From assembly GCA_976226885.1 (NCBI GenBank), contig OZ320313.1, positions 159,712,001 through 159,776,000 of the forward strand: 64,000 nt of DNA. Reading direction: 5' to 3'. Every line of letters starts with the position of its first letter. Position 1 is the first letter of the stretch. The position numbers were made by a program, and so were the translations under genes. Positions 14,701 to 27,234 of the stretch are shown piece after piece. This DNA is from Iphione sp. A-MEVVRFRX5 (lineage: Eukaryota). The notes beneath the pieces were generated by a model. The model did not search any database. It saw only the letters and a list, made by a program, of their open reading frames with translations, and was not told where the DNA came from.

Positions 14701-15659
14701 ACTGCTGGGAAGAGAGACAGGCGGGTCGTTCTCGGGGGTTGCTGTCACGGCCAATGCGCATACCAGATGAAAAGCTGGGCTTAGCAACTGCGGCGCGTGG
14801 ATCTCTGTATCCGGGAGATCCCCCGTGCAGCGGGTGCTATACCTTGTGGGCAGACTCGTGGATTAGGCCTCGCCTGGTGCTGGTCCACCCCTACAGTCCC
14901 TTTGTAGCCCGATTCTCCCAAAGCCCCAACTCAGATACCCCTCCCCTCACAACACATCTACCACTGAGCCTTGCATAATAGAGTCAGTCGCCGGTACTGA
15001 ACTGCCACTGCGCTTCTGTGTCAACGCAGCGTATATTTCTTTGGATCCACCCCTAGCACATATTGAGCTTCAATAATAGATATCGATGGTAGTGCCCAGC
15101 AAAATACCATCTAACTTATTTACATGGAAATATATATACAGATATATATGCGCGTGTGTGTATACGGTCTGAACATAGAAAATGATCCACTTGATGTCAT
15201 TCGACTTCTATCGTGAAGTTTCAAGAAAAAAATTCAAAAATGTGATGAAAATGATACATAACTAGATTAATATTCCTTTACTTTTCTCTGCTATACGTGA
15301 CAATGGAATAAAGTTGATAGTATTTTGTATTGTTTCAGATGGGCATTTTGACGCGGCACGTTGCCGGAAACGCAGGACAAATACTCAATGGCGACGAATC
15401 CGTGAGACCTGCGCTGCTTTTATTTTCTAAATGCAAGTCTGAAAAGAGCATGCGCGGAGATAGAGCACGAATAGGAGGACACTATCCATCGATGACTGTA
15501 ATCCCGGCAATAATGCGGGCTCGCCAGACATTGTAGAGCAAAGGACCACCGATTGGTCACGAAAGGCAAATATCTGTCAATATTAACGAGCTGGCGTCCG
15601 ATTTTAGTGGCGCCTGCATCAGCATTCCCCCTCGCGTGGACCATCATGATGTCCGGGAG

Positions 15660-15830
15660 AGGGCGAAGTTGTTCAGGGCGTTCAGGAGGGCCCTGCGGGT
15701 GAGGCGATTATAGAGAGAATGCTATGCGGCGACGGCAGCGGCCTGGCCTGGCTGGTGAGGTGCTCACGAGCAGAAGCCTGTTGCTCTGGGCACCACTCCC
15801 ATCTAGACTATTGACTAGCTCGTCTGGCCG
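15660..15830 (+). pseudogene. Tyrosine-recombinase relic
   Basis: LFRAFRRALRV*...YAATAAAWPG (cf. F...RxAL...GAATAAAxAG). Confidence 0.3.
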
Positions 15831-17599
15831 TGACCTCCTGACCACAAACTGGGATTGTGAATAGTTCGATACCTAAGGGACCCATTGGTGAAGGAATGGG
15901 AATCGCTCCCAATACGCCACCACACAAGAGTGAAAACAGACAAACCCGGTTACTGGAACTACATGTGCCTCATAGGGGGTTTTTACAATAGGGCACTGTG
16001 TGTGGGATTTTTTTAAGCAAAAATAAATTGGTGTCACAATCGGAAGGATACGTCTTGAGCCATCTATTCCAAGCGGCGTTGACAGCCGACGGATCATGTG
16101 GTTAGGGTAGGCTTCCTGTCGCTATGACAGCAAGGAGAAGTAGGGGCCGAAGACGGGTTAATAAGCAGGCTTTGCAGTAGGTTCAGCCCCAGAGGGTGTT
16201 TGCCGGGAAAGAGCTATGTGTAGTAGAGGCCCAGCAAGATGGCTTTATTTGGGGTCTGTGGGTGCGACTTTTGCACGAGGTTGGTGGACAATGGTGTGGT
16301 TGGGCACGTGAGGCCGGCCGGTTGCCTTATCTTCCGGCTACACCTGTTCCACCATTCTCATGCTCTATCACAACGTCGCCCGAAAACTTGAGCATGAATA
16401 TGTGCGCGCTGACAAATCGGAGGACGGTTGGCGCCCGCTGCCGATCACTGGACAGAATCTTCTGTACGACCGACGAGCGTGAGGAATTGTGAAGAACTCT
16501 GTCGTCCACACCGCGACTATTTCATCTTTCTCAAGTCACCGCAATAAATCATTAGGAAATAAAATAAAATTGGTAGCGCCTTTTTTCCCCTCCGCAAGAG
16601 TGGGCCGTTTTTCAGCGGGTTGATAAAAATATCGATTCAAATGGTAATTCTCCGTCCTTAAAGGGTTATTCGCGCGGACAGCGAGTCATCTGTCTTGGGA
16701 AATCGTACGTGGCAGAGAGGCAGACATTGGAAGCCGCTAGGATTTATGGCGACGTGTCTCAGGCAACCTAGTTCCGAGGTCCTTCCCAAACCTGCAACTG
16801 AGGGAGAAAGAGAGACGGTGTAGCGCCCAAGTAGCGGCGATTGCCAGGTTATACCTCTTACTGCGAGACAGCCCTTGTATTAATTCAGACCCGAGCCCTT
16901 GTATTTCCCAATATCGCACTGCTGTTCATGAAATATATTGTCGCACGAGAGGAAATTATGAGCACTCTATTTCCATAGTTGTCAGTGAATGACAATAAAT
17001 ATAAGGAAATCCATATATTATGCATGTATAAATGTCATATAAATATGAATCGATGCACCTACATATATGCTCGAAGCCGCTTTGAAGTTAAACACGTTTG
17101 TTAGTTCACACTTTGCAAGAATTTGCATATATGTAACCTCATGGGGCACTGTCGCGTACCTTTTCATGTGTCTGTGACTGTTATTTTGGCTACTTTACTT
17201 GAAGCAGCAGCAGCGGCAGCAGCAGCGAGATGTCACTAACGTTACCGTTGTCTTCGATAGGAATCTGGCGAAAACAGGGCGATGCAGCGCGCTCTTTGCG
17301 TAAATAGATCGTCGATCCCGGAGCTTTTCTCTCCGTGAACAGCGAATGTGACGGGAACCATTCAGTCTCAGAAGGCATCTTATCTTGTCGTCAGCCATCA
17401 ACTAATCCCTGATGTGGGCCAACACAGAGAGTCCGGGTCGGGGATTTGGTGCTCCTTGTGCATCCCCTCGGGGAGGTGGCATTTTGGTCGCGTCTGAGAG
17501 AGGCCAAGTGTCAGCACAAGCCAAATAAGACGAGGGGGCCACCAAACAGCATAATCATTTCCTCGCAGGCGGGCTCGACAGCAGCGCCGCCTGTGAGCC

Positions 17600-18600
17600 T
17601 TGGCCAGCCTGAGACTGGTCTCTCAGCTGGAAAACTTGTCGATGGGAAAATCATTGGCCTCGCGCTCGGCTGGGCCAGATTATGTTGTCACACAGGCGCG
17701 TATTACTTCGCGCCGAACCACCTTTTACGGGTGGCACTGCAAGGATAAACGCGAAACGTGACCGCAGCTGCCGGCCTAGCCTTTCGCCGTAATGGACTGG
17801 AGTTATTCGGGCTTCAGGGCTGGGCGGCACGCCATGACGTGGGGTCAGTGGTGGGTGACGCCATCCTACATCCCCTCGTACCAGTGAAGGCATGTACCTC
17901 GGAGGGTAGTAGTCGGCCTAGTTCGCCGACTGCCCCTCCCTGGGCTTCAAAGCACTCTCGCCTGCAATGGCGGGATAGAGCGTCCGACTGCTGCCCCGCC
18001 GTTATCTCCACTGTGTCACATCCATCAAGTGTGCAATTCATAGTACATGTATTCAGAATGTACCTGGAACAGAGCCTCCGCAGTTAGCAGGCCGAAAACC
18101 AACCTAGCAAGATGGACCTAAACACAAAACCAAATTATCTCGAACTGAGACATTTATATTCCAAATCTGAAAGGTCCTGCAAAACGATGTGTAGTACCCC
18201 TCTCTTTGTGTGTATCTCTGTGAACTCAGTGAGTAAATGCCAGGTTCCTGCCTCCACCTGGATACGGGGGCTCAAAGGAGGGTAAGTTCTCCAGAAGGTC
18301 AAAGTCTCCCAAGGGCACTACCGTGTGGCTGGTGCCATTAGCACAGAACGGGCGCCATGCCCTACCACCTACGTAGATGGCCGCTTGCCGGACGAAGGAA
18401 GTCCCTGATGGACAACAAGGCCGACACTGTTTCGCCAGTCATTGTCACGACTTCTCGAGAAGGCCATGTCTCAGGTCGGTAGCCCCCAGTGCCCCGTCTC
18501 CTCGGCACACGACGGGGACACATCACGCCTGACGCCTAGGAACAACCCCCCGACGGCAGTAGCGCTGCTCACGGGCGTTTTAAGGCTTTTTCCCGCTTCC
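17600..18600 (+). mobile_element. Decayed DIRS/Ngaro-like retroelement segment: RT/RNase H connection followed by tyrosine recombinase
   Basis: GKIIGLALGWARLC (cf. SLIGxLxWA), RNGLELF, GDA, SDCCPAVIST (cf. CDNxAVV), NVPG (cf. HVPG). Then RRSKSPKGTTVWL, PCPTTY and TLFRQSLSRLLEKA (cf. RSKTDQxGxGxTV, CPVxAxxxY, TxxxFxxxLxxLL). Domain order as in DIRS/Ngaro; many frameshifts. Confidence 0.45.
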
Positions 18601-19889
18601 AAACATCTTTTTCGTTTTACCAGAGTCTGCGATAATTGGATGGGCCTTTGCTAATCATGTTTCCTAATTATTTGGAGCAGTTTTGCATCAGTTTCGAAAC
18701 AGATCGCTTCAAACTGTTGGAATCCAGACTTTTTCGCCGGTTTGCTAGCGATCCATTTTCGCCGAGTATTAATCAGGGGTAAACACAGTTTTTAAACAAG
18801 TCTGCCTTTCAAGCAATGCCCTAAAATGCGCCATGACGGCTTATCCGATTAGAAATCGCCCCCATTATGTGCGCCTTAGTTTCAGTGCAACAGCAAAATC
18901 AGTTGTGCTAAATTCTCTCTCCTTCTTTCTACTCCCTCTCCTTCAAAGATTGTGGTATCTTTGTTTGTGTGCATGTATTTGCTTTGCCTCGGAATGCAAA
19001 GTTCAAAGGTGTAACAATTGAGAATTGATAGTGGTGGGGGTGTGGCGGGGGAGAGGGGCAGCGTTGGCCTCCATATGGACCCAGAGAATAGAAAGAGGAG
19101 GGACCCTTTCAATAAGTCATGGAGCCTCATGGTGCACGAACAACTCGCAATGAGCCTAGATGTTGACCATATCTGGGCCAAGCAGCAGCACGAGAAGTTA
19201 TGATCAATCACCTGTGCCTTGTACGTGCCCGACATGTCCTGACACTACGCGGCCTTCTGTCACACCATCTGTATTGATTAGGGAGGAGTGCCTGTGGACG
19301 ATCTATCCCAAGGTGTTGAATGAGAAATTCAAGAGCTTGTCCCTAAGAGCTGGCATCTCGCACCACATCAATCTTTATACAACTTCACTCCACCAGACAA
19401 CAATCTTTGGGCCAAGTTTAGGAACACACGTGATGCTGTATTTATTGCTCTAATAATCTAATCTAATCTGAATGAGGATCACGCAATCAGAACACGCTTA
19501 TTTACACGTATAGCTATCAAGGGAAGTCAGGTACACCTTACATATAGCTCTGGGAAGTGCTCTGGATTGCTACGTGAAATCGGCCCCTTCTTTCCCACCA
19601 CGGATAGTCTGATTAGACCATGTTTATTCCTTAATTCCAGTGTTTGAAGGTAACTCGGGGATGCGTCTCACGTAAAGTGTACGGCAGTGGTTAGAATGGC
19701 GGTCCATCGATACGGGAGAGGGATGCTTCCCCCCATCTACCAAGCCCTGCAGAAAGACTAAGTTCCATGTGGGACACGAATACTAAGGACCCCAGAGCGA
19801 GCCACTCACACAACCAGCCCAGAGCGACTCGCTGGAGCCGGGAATTGCAGTGATTACCTCTGATTAAAGATGTGGTCAGGAAACGGTGT

Positions 19890-20250
19890 CTGCCCGTGGG
19901 AGCAGTATGGCGACTGGACAGGCTTTACTGCTTGGCCGTTGACTGGCTCACAGTGCTCTCTGGCCAAGCTATTGGTATTGATATAGACCGTGGTCATCAG
20001 GGGGAATATCAAGATCCAGGCCTCGGGGAGAGAGAGAGCTAGTTTCACCCACAACCCCCCTCTGTAGGCCATATTGACTTGCAGCCCACGGTAGGTATGC
20101 AAGGCAGCTGCCTAAAGGGCACGGACATTCATATTCTACCGGTGGTGCTGACCGAAACACAAGGCTCTACCTCCCTGCCCGGCGGCTGAATGGACACAAA
20201 TGACGCCCCCCCTTGAACACCCATGAATAACCAAAACATATATGACAGGC
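19890..20250 (+). pseudogene. Tyrosine-recombinase relic
   Basis: TPLCRPY*LAAHGRYAR (cf. LCPVxALxxYLxxR) and HGHSYSTGGA at 20120-20149 (cf. GHSFRIGGA). Confidence 0.4.
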
Positions 20251-21349
20251 TGATTCGGTTCGCTGAACTGACAGACTGGCAGAATGTATTCATCCAAGGC
20301 CTGTGAAGAAGCGCATAGGAGAATTAGCCTTAGTAAAACGGGCAAAGGCTAAACGTGCATGGTTCTTTTCATAGAGTTGTTTTGCTTTAGCCAACAATCG
20401 TCTTGATACACGGCGTAAAAATAAATTTGTTTCCTACTTTAGTCGCCGAAACAGTTGGCATCATTGATGTATTGTACGCAAATCCAAGCATTCGTGATGC
20501 CAGAACTTCTTAAGTACCTTGCTGGGATTCGTATACTTGCTCGAGACCTTATGTTGACATTTCGTCTACAAGTATAGTCACGTCAGCGTGTATCTTAAAT
20601 TTGATATCGACGCTTTCCAGAGCGATGCTGACCCGACTTTTAATAAAGGTCCCTTCTGCCCCTCAGCGGGGGATACTTCGACCTGTAGCTTGCCTGTATC
20701 AGTAGGGCCCCAACTCAGACTTGTTCCCGCATTCATGACAATTTTACTTTCCTGTAAGATTATGAATTGTTCCCCAGGGAAACGTACCCGTGCGTTTTGA
20801 ACGCAAATACATCGTCCCATCTGCCTTCATGAATAGTTCTGGGGTTTGAGCAAATTGGGATTTTCTGACTTATAGTGTTATCGGTTCAAACTGCGGAGGC
20901 CTGCGTGGGAAAAGTCTCTAAATTAAACACAGATCGAAAGTTAATTGACATTTAATGAAATCTGTCTGCAATAACTAGGGCAGAAAGTACCAGCCGTCAA
21001 GGTGCTCAAATGTCATCGATTTAAAGGCAAAACATCTCATCTCATGTTCTTTCCCATCAAAACAATTTTGAAAGCATTTACAGCAAACGGTCCGTGAAGG
21101 GCACAACGACCCACGCCGAATGTTTTTGGTTACGATGAGATGTAATTTGAAAGCCTGCATTCGGATACATACGCTCAGCAAAAAGACCTTGCAAAGGTTC
21201 GAAGACTCCACCATAAGATGGACACGGGGCTACTACTTCCAAGAGCTAAAGCAGTCAGAAATCTACTGCCAGTGAATTGCAAGCCGAGATAGCGACCCCT
21301 CGACAGAAGGGGCTATAAATAGAAGACGGACAACCAGCAGGCAGTGATT

Positions 21350-21700
21350 GAGGCTTACACACTCATATCGCACGCTAGATTCAATGGGCAGGTGTTGTCC
21401 GCAGCTGTAGAAGGCAGGCAGTGACTGAACGGTAATGGCCTCCCATCTTGGTCCATGTAAGAGGAGCAAGAGGTCTTCTGGCAGCGTCGTTGACAGCCGA
21501 CTATGGTGGCGGTCATAGAGAGACAGGCGCCGCGTTCCCCGGCGGCCTGCCTGACCCCGGACAGGATGGACACTCCTTCCGCCTCTTCCCGGAAAGATTG
21601 GATCCCAGTCAATGACGTGCCTCTCGCAGGAAGACGCTGCAAGGTTCTGACCTCTGGATAATCCCTCGCAGATGGCCCCGCCCCAGCAACACGATTCTTG
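21350..21700 (+). pseudogene. Decayed DIRS/Ngaro-type tyrosine recombinase (catalytic C-terminal half)
   Basis: One frame gives LVHVRGARGLLAASLTADY...GGLPDPGQDGHSFRL (GHSFR at 21568-21582), then GSDLWIIPRRW. This matches, in order, YLxxRG...PLT...AG.D...YxGHSFRIGAAT...G..D..I..LGRW. Confidence 0.65.
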
Positions 21701-22449
21701 TCTAATTGCTGGCAATTACTATCTACAGACAGGCAGTCACTCAGGGTGACAACCACAAGTCGCACATGCCTTCAACGTCTCTTCCTCCTGCCGCTTCTCC
21801 AGTCAAAGCCTGGAACGACTGGTGAGACAGTTGACCTCGAGAGAGAGAGCGGCGAGGGCGGGAGGCTCTTGGGAGAGAGGGGGAGGGGAGTGGGTGAGAA
21901 GCTTTAGAGAGAACCGTCTATACCTCACTCCATCCTCGTCTCGGAAGGATCAGCTGGCACTTCCCACGAAGCTATAAGGTAGTAATATTATATTGGGCCA
22001 TGGCACACCTGCAGCCTTCCCGAATGAAGTAGGACGGTGGTAGGAATAGGGTGGGAAATGTTCTACGCACATCTGCGACAATGGTTTAAGAAAAGATTTC
22101 CAATTATGACCAGCGTACGTGGTGTATTGCACAGTGCGAAACACAAGACGCAATAAACGATTTACATAGCGGATGGTATTGTACGGAAACAAATAAGCTG
22201 ATCGAAAGTAATTAGGTCACCCATGAAGTGTAGGGCCCTAGTTGTAGCTTTTACGTGAAGTAACCGAATTTTCCTCAGATCCATTAGACAAATAAACGCG
22301 GGATATCCAGGTGGTGTACGACTATTGGGCAAATGTAATATGTCCTTTTGGAAACAGGAGGGGCTGCAGCGATGTCGCGATGCAATACATTTAGTGAAAC
22401 TTAATTTTGAGCTCTGGACGCCTGTAGCCCTCAGGGGAGACATTGGCAG

Positions 22450-22600
22450 TAGCCTGCCATATACGGGTGCCACCAATCTCGGCCGTGCCTCCCGAGGTTC
22501 AGTGCCACCTAATGGATGCCCCTACTGTACGCGGAGCTACCCAGAACGGGGAAGTCCCAGTCGCCCATTCTCTTCGGTGGATGGGGTGTGGTCAGGGGGG
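22450..22600 (+). pseudogene. Tyrosine-recombinase relic
   Basis: GATNLGRASRGSV...GCPYCTRSYPERGSPSRPFSSVDG (cf. SKTD..GRG..V...CPVxAxxxYLxxR.S...PLF...DG). Confidence 0.4.
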
Positions 22601-24569
22601 GGGGGTACCAGTAAACAGGTGGAGTCTGATTTGGACGACACAGGTGCACTTGGAGATCATTGATACGTGATCCGATGTCCACTTCGTCCGTCCCTGACAT
22701 TGTATCTTTTAAAGGGTAAGGAAAAATAAGTGGTAGTAACATACATACTGCAGCAACACTAGTCACCTGAACACCAAGGGAGAGAACAACTCTTCCATTT
22801 GCTGTATATATAACATGTCGTTCCCAGAAGATGTTCATGCTATTTTTATGAACGACTCTAGTTATTGAGCTTATATCGGTAGAAAAATTAAAATATTTAA
22901 CAGATACATGGATCATCTTACACATACACTAACTTGATATTCTCATCTGATAGTATAGCAAATCACCAGCAAAATATTATAACGGACACTTTAGATTCGA
23001 TTTGTTCATTTTACCGTGAGAATTCTTAGAAAGGATTTTGTTTTGAATGACACGGTAACCAGAAAAATCGGACATACGTTCCTATCTTCCTTGATTTTGC
23101 ACCTATCGCCTTCTACTACAAAAAATCAAAATGTCAGAACAATTCGTTTCTCAGTTTTCCATTTCACAGATTTACAAAGTCTGGCCGGTGGTAGAGTAAC
23201 TGGAGGATTTAGGGTGAGAACAAGTATATTCCTTTCTCCTGTTCAAGAAAGTCAGGAACCGCACACTATCTGATTTAAAACCCACAGCCTACTAATTGGT
23301 CTAAAATCAATAAAAGCATGTTATATTGCAAATATCTGGCACATAGGATGGACGTCAAGATCTTCCGGGATCTAATTAGTAATAACAGCACGATAAATGG
23401 ATCATGAGGAACCTTGAGCCAAATTGAATTTTTAAAAACCGTAAATTATGGCATCACATTACAGGCTCTGACTTTAATAACGCAGTTCGTAAATTTTTCA
23501 TATCTCTAGCCATGTTTAGTTGATCTTCTTGATTACACTAGAGAATTGAAGTTTCAGTCGTGAGAAGCTGGCAACTACATGTACCTTCCAACGGCCCACG
23601 TCTTCAGCCAGGCACTTTCAAGGTTTTATACATAGATATCACTTTCCAGGTTTTGTTTCTTTTTCAAATTCTTGGTCACCGCAGCGAAAAAGCCTGCGCT
23701 CTTTTCACAACAATTCACATAGATTCTAAGCACAATGCCAAAGAGGAGTGCCGCAACGCTTTCAGCCTCTGCGGAGGAGGGACCACGACTAAGACTCCAT
23801 CAATTATTCCAACGTGTCGGCTTCTGGGCCTGTGTCCACGTTTGGTGTTGTGGATTTACGGTCAGGCCCAAAAAGCCCCCTCTTGCCATTTTGTCCAGGG
23901 GCATTAGGGAGGCTTTCCCTTGCTGTGGCTCTCTCTGACAGTTCAATTATCCTCGACGTCATGACGAAGACGCCTCTATGCTAGCGTGCCAGTAGAGTCG
24001 AACTGCTTGAAAAGGCGCTGCGCTTGCTGGTTAGCAGTCTGCCTTTTGTGATTTCCAGGATGGGACTATGAAATGACTTTGCACGCTAAGCGCCCGATGG
24101 TGGTGCTGGTACTGTTGTGGCGTTGTGGTGATGATTGCACCTTAAAGGCACGATCTATGCTTCGCTTCTTCTGGCTTATAATGAAGACTGACAGAAGAGA
24201 TCCAACGCCGATAATAATGGAATTGTGAAAGTGTATGCATAGTATGGATAAAAGGAAAGAAAAATACTGTTGGTATCATTTGAGTGAAGATGCATTCCCA
24301 GCTGCAAAATATTATTTTTCTATTGAATATTCAGGTACATAGAAGTAAACTTTTATTGGCTCTGTTGAAAGGTTCGGTAGAATTTGATATTTTCCCATTC
24401 GCAGGCGGTAATGCCTACAGCCTTTTATCTAATTAGTCCCTTATGCCGACTAACAGTTGAACTTGGCAATACAGCATTTGACCTGGTGGCGTCCCCAGAC
24501 ATAATTGAGAGCACAATTAGTGATCACTGCGTCCCCTCAAAACTGTCGAGTGACTGCATCCCCCGAAAT

Positions 24570-25010
24570 TAGCCACGTTAGAATGGCGGGGTTGCCCTGC
24601 TGCCATCAAGCGGAGCAGTGCAACGAGTGAGCTATGTTGCTCTGGGTCGGCGCTATGTCGATTCGATCAGGCTTCTTGCGGGCAGGTGGAAAGCACTTGT
24701 AGCATGCCATGTCGCAGTAGATTCAGTCCAGACTCAAATGCAATACACCATCACGACTAGGGACACCAGCAGTGTTTGTCGCATACCTTCGGCGTTAGCC
24801 ATGGAAACAGGTGATTGAATTTAATTCTTGTGGGCCGACTGAGCCGGGGAGTGGTCCAGCTTGGGTGGTGAGGTCAGAGCGGAGAGGCCACGTTTCATGA
24901 ATGTAATGAGGCTGGCGGCCACTGGGTCCTGAATGTGCAGCCGGTGGTCGATGATAAATTCAGCCGCCGACCAAGTCGGCAGAGTACAAAAGAATGCAAT
25001 AATGTGACTG
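24570..25010 (+). pseudogene. One or two tyrosine-recombinase C-terminal relics
   Basis: ALGRRYVDSIRLLAGRWK (GRWK at 24681-24692; cf. G..I..LGRWKS) and downstream FMNVMRLAATG...DQVGRVQKNAIM. Confidence 0.4.
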
Positions 25011-26849
25011 GTGCCAGGATGGAAAAGCCTGGGTGCATGGCCCACGCGAATAATGACCACATTGCATGACCCATAAAGGGCATGGGAGTGACCAATAAAG
25101 GTCACCAACAGGCCGGCGTACCCCAGAAGCCAGGCGTCCGAGCACACATTTCTTGACGAGCACAAAGCTTAATCTCAGCAACCCACCCAGGAGACGGACA
25201 ATATTTATACATGTGTCGGGCTCCCCCGACCCAGAGTCTCTAGCGCTAGATATCTGCCAATGACGGAGGGTCGTAGGACCCGAGCGGGCCAAAAGGGATG
25301 CAAACAAGCCAGATTCCAACAGTGATTTGTTGCCCGTAAATAGCCTGTGAGAGAGGCTGACAGGGTTGCAGATGCAGACGGAAAAGTAGGAAGGAAATAT
25401 CGGGAGAGAGATAATAAGGATTGAGGGAAAAAGCAGGCATACTGGGGAAAGGAATCCATTTTGTGCATTATTCATGCATGATGCTGGGGTGTATTACATC
25501 CGGATTGCATGTGCCACTCAAGAGATCTAAGAACGAACTACTCTCTATAGCATAGAGCGGCATAGGCTCTATAGTGGTTCCATATCATAGGAAACAATGA
25601 CATGACGTCGACCATTATAATGACACCTGTATACCCGTCGTATTCGTGTAATACATAAACGGCGGACAAAGTTCAAGGAACGCAAAAGCATGGGACCATC
25701 AGAATACAGCAAATAGGGACAAAGTAGAAGGAATATATTCCAAGAAAGGAAACGAAAAGAACGGAAATGAAAGAGATACACCGAGAATGAGGAGAATGTA
25801 AGATGCGTGCTATAGTTATAAATGGGAGGTCGAGCGGCAATAATATACGCCTATCGAAATTAGGTGGGCAGCAACACGGTGTCAGATTCTAAGGAATATA
25901 TGGTTTCCAGTGACAGTCACCATGGCCTACTAATGCGTGTGCTTCGCCTGACAATCGTAAGGAAAAGGACTAGAAGCTGTCAGCGACGTGGGCACGTCAC
26001 ATAAATCACACCAACCTTTCCAGGAGCTCCATATCATTCGCTCGTCTCAACCCCACCCCCCACCCCCCACGACTCGTTCACATACAAATTACCATGGAAA
26101 TTTCATGCTGGATTAAAACCAGAAATCAATCTCCCGACAGTAAGCCCGGAGTCGGATCGGTGCAAGTCGCACAATATCATTGACTCGCAGGCCCGAAGAG
26201 AGCCTCGGCGCATTGCAAATCACTTGCCGACCGTTGTGCTCTCTGCACTCGATTCGAATTGCACGATAAAAAGGGGGGGCTGTTGCGCTAATCCTAAGCG
26301 GGGAACAGAAGATGAAGGAATTAGAAGCAGCCCTTGGTAACCGGGCGGTGTAAATACGGGTTAGAAGAATATGGCTTCGCCGCGTTCCACGCCAGGAAAA
26401 AGAACCGACTCGCAATGTTAGCGTAGATGTAACAATGGCGATACCAGTGTCAGCAGTCGTTAAGCATCAACGACTGTAAGAAATATGAAATATAGATGCA
26501 TACATCAAATAAAGGACCGAGGCAAAAGACGGGACGTGTAATGACAACGCGCCCGTTATGTTGTTAAAATCTAAACCGCAAACAGTCCGTTTCAACCCTG
26601 TTCACAACTATATTCCTAAGATTGATGTTATGCGAAATATAGGATCGTTTTGGGCATCTACTTAGAGATAAAAATCCTTCGAACCTCGATGCCTTTATCG
26701 AAAATGACAACTGTCGTGAGGGGGCACGAGCATGCGAAATTCTAGTCAGAAATGGGGGGAAATGCACTGTTAATAGGGTTACTGGTCAATGGAAGTAGGT
26801 ATGACACTCTAGCGGACCGGTGATCGCTCTGTATCGCCTAACGTCGGAT

Positions 26850-27110
26850 GGGGCGTCTCATCAAAGGGGTCGTGACTGTCATGTCCCACAGCGGCATCAT
26901 ATTCTGCGCCACCTGCCGATCGGCACGCGTTTGCATGAGCTGCCTTCGCTCTATACGGCGGGAGCGGGGTCTAGATATGAACCCATCCCTACCCATTCAT
27001 GGCCTTTCAAGGTCACTCCGAGCAGAAGTTTGGTAATAGTCCACGGTCAGCAGGACGGAAAGGCCAGAGGGCGAACTGTTGCCATTATTGCTTCTAGAAT
27101 GATACCGCTA
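26850..27110 (+). pseudogene. Tyrosine-recombinase relic immediately 5' of the LINE
   Basis: IFCATCRSARVCMSCLRSIRRE (cf. FWAAC..AF.GFLRxGE), then SLVIVHGQQDGKARGRTVAI (cf. SKTDxxGRGxTV). Confidence 0.3.
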
Positions 27111-27234
27111 ACAAGAAAGCGTCGGGCATGCTTTTCCTCGCCTCTTCCTAAAACGCGCTGGCAATATTCCCTTTATCAACCTAAGGATTGTGTCCATCTA
27201 ACATATAAAAGTAACGTTTATTTCTTGATCACTA

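Noticed and set aside
17190-17401. LLLPLLLLQ|gtaaag as a signal-peptide exon
   Set aside because: The Leu run comes from a (CAG)n microsatellite, is far from any start, and the donor is phase 0.
16077-21501. Exact 14-mer cgttgacagccgac shared by 16077 and 21488
   Set aside because: Several 14-mer matches are expected by chance in 64 kb; at most weak support for related YR copies.
21263-21765. Minus-strand ORFs first read as DIRS gag or zinc finger
   Set aside because: The plus strand gives an ordered YR motif set including exact GHSFR; the minus ORFs are shadows.
9945-22790. Weaker AG|GT junctions on the minus strand at about 9955, 11060 and 22767
   Set aside because: Poor pyrimidine tracts or weak donors, partly inside repeat relics.
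24821-25165. Minus ORF resembling Ty3/gypsy integrase C-terminus or chromodomain
   Set aside because: Too few conserved residues; no LTR or neighbouring gypsy domains.
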